Part shown: piece by piece, positions 37,091 through 39,308 of the stretch
Position numbering within the stretch: the first letter of the stretch is position 1
How the letters are laid out: each line of letters starts with the position of its first letter
Source of the DNA: Shigella phage ESh9
Length of the DNA: 39,308 nucleotides
Direction: 5' to 3' (one strand)
Sequence record: ON528722
The notes under the pieces: generated by a model
What the model saw: the letters and a program-made list of their open reading frames with translations, nothing else
The model's database searches: none
What the model was told of the DNA's origin: nothing
Made by a program: the position numbers and the translations under genes

Positions 37091-37517
37091 TCTGCATCTC
37101 CTTAATAGTACGCTGGAGCGCTCTTACGTGAGCATCAGCAGCTTGGGTTATTCCGATAATACGCTTAGCATCTGACTCGTGTAGTTCGGCTCGACCATTA
37201 AACTCGCATCTACCGTTATCTTCTGGTAGTCCGGTAAGGGTCTTGATGCGGACTGACAGCCGCTTATTATTACTACGCAGGTCATTAAGCATCCTATCAG
37301 TGCTGCCTTCAATGGCTGCAATCTCTTCTTGGTACTCACGGGATACCCGACTGACCTCTGCCTGAGTTGCTGCGGTTGCTTTTGTTTTCGCAATGTATTC
37401 ATTTTGGATTACCTCCTTCCAGTTTGCTCTCTCATGGGTTGACCCTAAGTGCCAGCCACCCATAAAGAGTGTCCCGGCGAGTACCCAAGGGAGTGCGCTG
37501 CGTAAAAGTTTTAGCAT
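37065..37517 (-). CDS. 18.5: Rz-like i-spanin gp18.5
   Basis: N-terminal [16 protein letters not shown] then coiled-coil; ATG at 37517 with SD GGAGGT; track ORF begins at an upstream TTG. Confidence 0.8.
   Translation of the reverse strand: MLKLLRSALPWVLAGTLFMGGWHLGSTHERANWKEVIQNEYIAKTKATAATQAEVSRVSREYQEEIAAIEGSTDRMLNDLRSNNKRLSVRIKTLTGLPEDNGRCEFNGRAELHESDAKRIIGITQAADAHVRALQRTIKEMQNERHPSKP
37148..37402 (-). CDS. 18.7: Rz1-like o-spanin gp18.7, embedded in gene 18.5 in another frame
   Basis: Lipoprotein signal with lipobox ...VVIISGC; ...[19 protein letters not shown] matches T7 gp18.7. Confidence 0.8.
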   Translation of the reverse strand: MNTLRKQKQPQQLRQRSVGYPVSTKKRLQPLKAALIGCLMTCVVIISGCQSASRPLPDYQKITVDASLMVEPNYTSQMLSVLSE

Positions 37518-37565
37518 AACACCTCCCATCAATTTCTAGATTTCACGTAGATGCACCAAATAACA

Positions 37566-37612
37566 TCCATAAAGGCTCCCACGTGGAGAACCTTGAGTAT
37601 GTCACTTACTGT
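37566..37612 (-). promoter_or_regulatory. RNase III-type processing hairpin (R18.5 analogue)
   Basis: catccataaaggctccc...ccttgagtatgtcactt. Confidence 0.5.
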
Positions 37613-37872
37613 AGCGTGATAATCTCATCGTCAGTCAGACCATTAGGGCCGACCACTTTGTTGTAGTCTTCCAGACCAGCCGCGAGACCGCCAAGGATGT
37701 TCTCATCCGGGGTCAGCTTACTGATTTGGAACTTATGGCGGTCTAACAGTTTGCCGATTGCGTTGTAAAGCTGAGGAGTTCGGCGTTCCTCGTTCTGGAG
37801 GTCAGCAAGCATACGCTGTGCCATCTCTGTGTCTAGCATCTCCAGCAGCTTGATTAAAGTCTTGTCGCTCAT
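37606..37872 (-). CDS. 18: Terminase small subunit gp18
   Basis: 88 aa; ...LEMLDTEMAQRMLADL...PQLYNAIGKLLDRHKFQI... matches T7 gp18. Confidence 0.9.
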   Translation of the reverse strand: MSDKTLIKLLEMLDTEMAQRMLADLQNEERRTPQLYNAIGKLLDRHKFQISKLTPDENILGGLAAGLEDYNKVVGPNGLTDDEIITLQ

Positions 37873-37875
37873 AGG

Positions 37876-38079
37876 TTACTCCTTGTTTGCACGTTTCCAG
37901 TCAATAATTTTATCAACTACCTTGGCACCAATCTGAACCACTGTGTAGGCGATAGCTGCAACGTAGAACCATTCGTTTAACGATAGTCCCCAAAAGAGTC
38001 GGGCCGCACCATCAGCGACCCCTGTGCCAACAATAGGCGCAGCCTTAACGACCTCATTGTTGAAGTCGAAGGATAACAT
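37876..38079 (-). CDS. 17.5: Holin gp17.5
   Basis: 67 aa; MLSFDFNNEVVKAAPIVGTGVADGAARLFWGLSLNEWFYVAAIAYTVVQIGAKVV matches T7 holin. Confidence 0.92.
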   Translation of the reverse strand: MLSFDFNNEVVKAAPIVGTGVADGAARLFWGLSLNEWFYVAAIAYTVVQIGAKVVDKIIDWKRANKE

Positions 38080-38090
38080 TTAACACCTCC

Positions 38091-39308
38091 TTAGTCTGTC
38101 GTAAGTTTAGATTCAAGCTCCTGAACGCGAGCGTCTAGGTTCTTAACAAGCAGCATTAATCCGCCAATTATCTGGTTAGGGTCTGGAGACTGCATACCAT
38201 CGCTCATTATATCAACCGCCTCTGGCCAGATTCGAATCAAATCCTGTGTTATAAAACCAGCACGGGAGCGCTTACCAGTGATAGTAATGTCGCGTCCACG
38301 GTTATCCTTATATGCTGAATCCTTATACTTATAAGACACTGGTATGTATGCCCGAATGATGTTCAACATGTCGTCAGCAGAGCGAACAACCTTAATGTCT
38401 TCTTTCAGCCTTCTGTCTGACTGGAACCAGCGGAACCCAACGGATGTACCATCAACGTTACCCTCAATGTAGTCCGCGCCACGGCCTGTGTACAGGCGAA
38501 CCCCAGCAGGAGGTTTGGCGAATCTGTAGTTGTCGTTGAGCATTCCCCAAAGGTTGCCACCAACGTTGTTCCATACGCCACCGCTAAGGTTCCCATCTGG
38601 GTTTAGTATCGCGTTGCCCATTCCTGCGTAGAGGTTCTGACCAACGATATTGTTGTTCCCCTCAATGCGGGCACCGGAATGAACCTGTAGGTGGTTTGCG
38701 TGGAGCGCAGCGCCTCCGGTAATAACCACTCTACCAATCTCTACCGTGTTCTCAGCATTAACTGTGCGGAACACGAATCCGCCAGAACCAGCACCACGGT
38801 TGGTGATAAAGTTTGACTCACCGCTACCACCACTTTCGTTCCATCCAATATGTAGACCCTGCCGTTGTCCAACATGTTGTGGATTGTTGTCAATGTGGAG
38901 TCGGGACAGCTTATTATAAACGTTTGGTGATAGTGTTTGATTAATGCCTCCCTGAGCATATGTGACCCCAGCCACGGTGATGTTTCGCTGAGAGTACATA
39001 TCCCGCTTTGCGGTAATATCCCTTTCAACAATCAAGTCCTCTCCAACAAGCGCACCTTTCTGGATACTCGCCGCACCTGTGGAGACTAAACCACCGCCTG
39101 TGACGTTCTGGGTAGTCACGAGTGCCCCTTTGAACCACACGTTTACGCCTTCAACCTTGTCGATTGTACCAGCAAACTCATTCATGTTTCCCAGCTTACT
39201 AGCCTCAGTGATTGCTCTCTCCTCGGAGGCCTTAGCGTTGGTCTCTGATACCTTAGCGGCAGCAGCCGAGTTAGCAACGCTCCCTTCTGAGGCCTTAGCA
39301 TTGGTCTC
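38091..39308 (-). CDS. 17: Tail fiber gp17, C-terminal part: coiled-coil shaft, glycine-rich distal domain and C-terminal intramolecular-chaperone-like module
   Basis: Open frame runs off the window end; ...NMNEFAGTIDKVEGVNVWFKG aligns to T7 gp17 ...AGAIDKVDGTNVYWKG; the distal part differs from T7 and ends with an SDRRLKEDI module. Confidence 0.85.
   Translation of the reverse strand, partial: ETNAKASEGSVANSAAAAKVSETNAKASEERAITEASKLGNMNEFAGTIDKVEGVNVWFKGALVTTQNVTGGGLVSTGAASIQKGALVGEDLIVERDITAKRDMYSQRNITVAGVTYAQGGINQTLSPNVYNKLSRLHIDNNPQHVGQRQGLHIGWNESGGSGESNFITNRGAGSGGFVFRTVNAENTVEIGRVVITGGAALHANHLQVHSGARIEGNNNIVGQNLYAGMGNAILNPDGNLSGGVWNNVGGNLWGMLNDNYRFAKPPAGVRLYTGRGADYIEGNVDGTSVGFRWFQSDRRLKEDIKVVRSADDMLNIIRAYIPVSYKYKDSAYKDNRGRDITITGKRSRAGFITQDLIRIWPEAVDIMSDGMQSPDPNQIIGGLMLLVKNLDARVQELESKLTTD

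Overview
The window reads as a complete, circularly permuted genome of a T3-like (T7 supergroup) lytic podophage, presented as the reverse complement: every credible gene is on the minus strand. Gene order runs from high to low coordinates: host promoters A1-A3, early genes (SAM hydrolase 0.3, kinase 0.7, T3-type RNA polymerase), DNA metabolism (ligase, SSB, endonuclease I, lysozyme, primase-helicase, DNA polymerase, exonuclease), then structural and packaging genes (portal, scaffold, capsid, tail tube, internal core 13-16, tail fiber 17, holin, terminase). The tail fiber gene is split across the two window ends and is frame-continuous across them. I count 15 copies of the T3-type promoter core (reverse complement of ATTAACCCTCACTAAAGGGAGA), three sigma70 early promoters, two terminators (TE, Tphi) and about nine RNase III-type processing hairpins. 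All identifications rest on reading the sequence and recalled similarity to T7/T3 proteins; no database search was run. The most unusual features are (1) a roughly 195-aa insertion in internal core protein gp16 carrying a GNAT acetyltransferase-like motif, (2) a mosaic tail fiber with a T7-like N-terminal anchor, a glycine-rich distal region and a C-terminal self-cleaving chaperone-like module, (3) an HNH endonuclease at the 2.5/3 junction, and (4) a 164-aa membrane-anchored coiled-coil early protein between gene 1 and gene 1.1.
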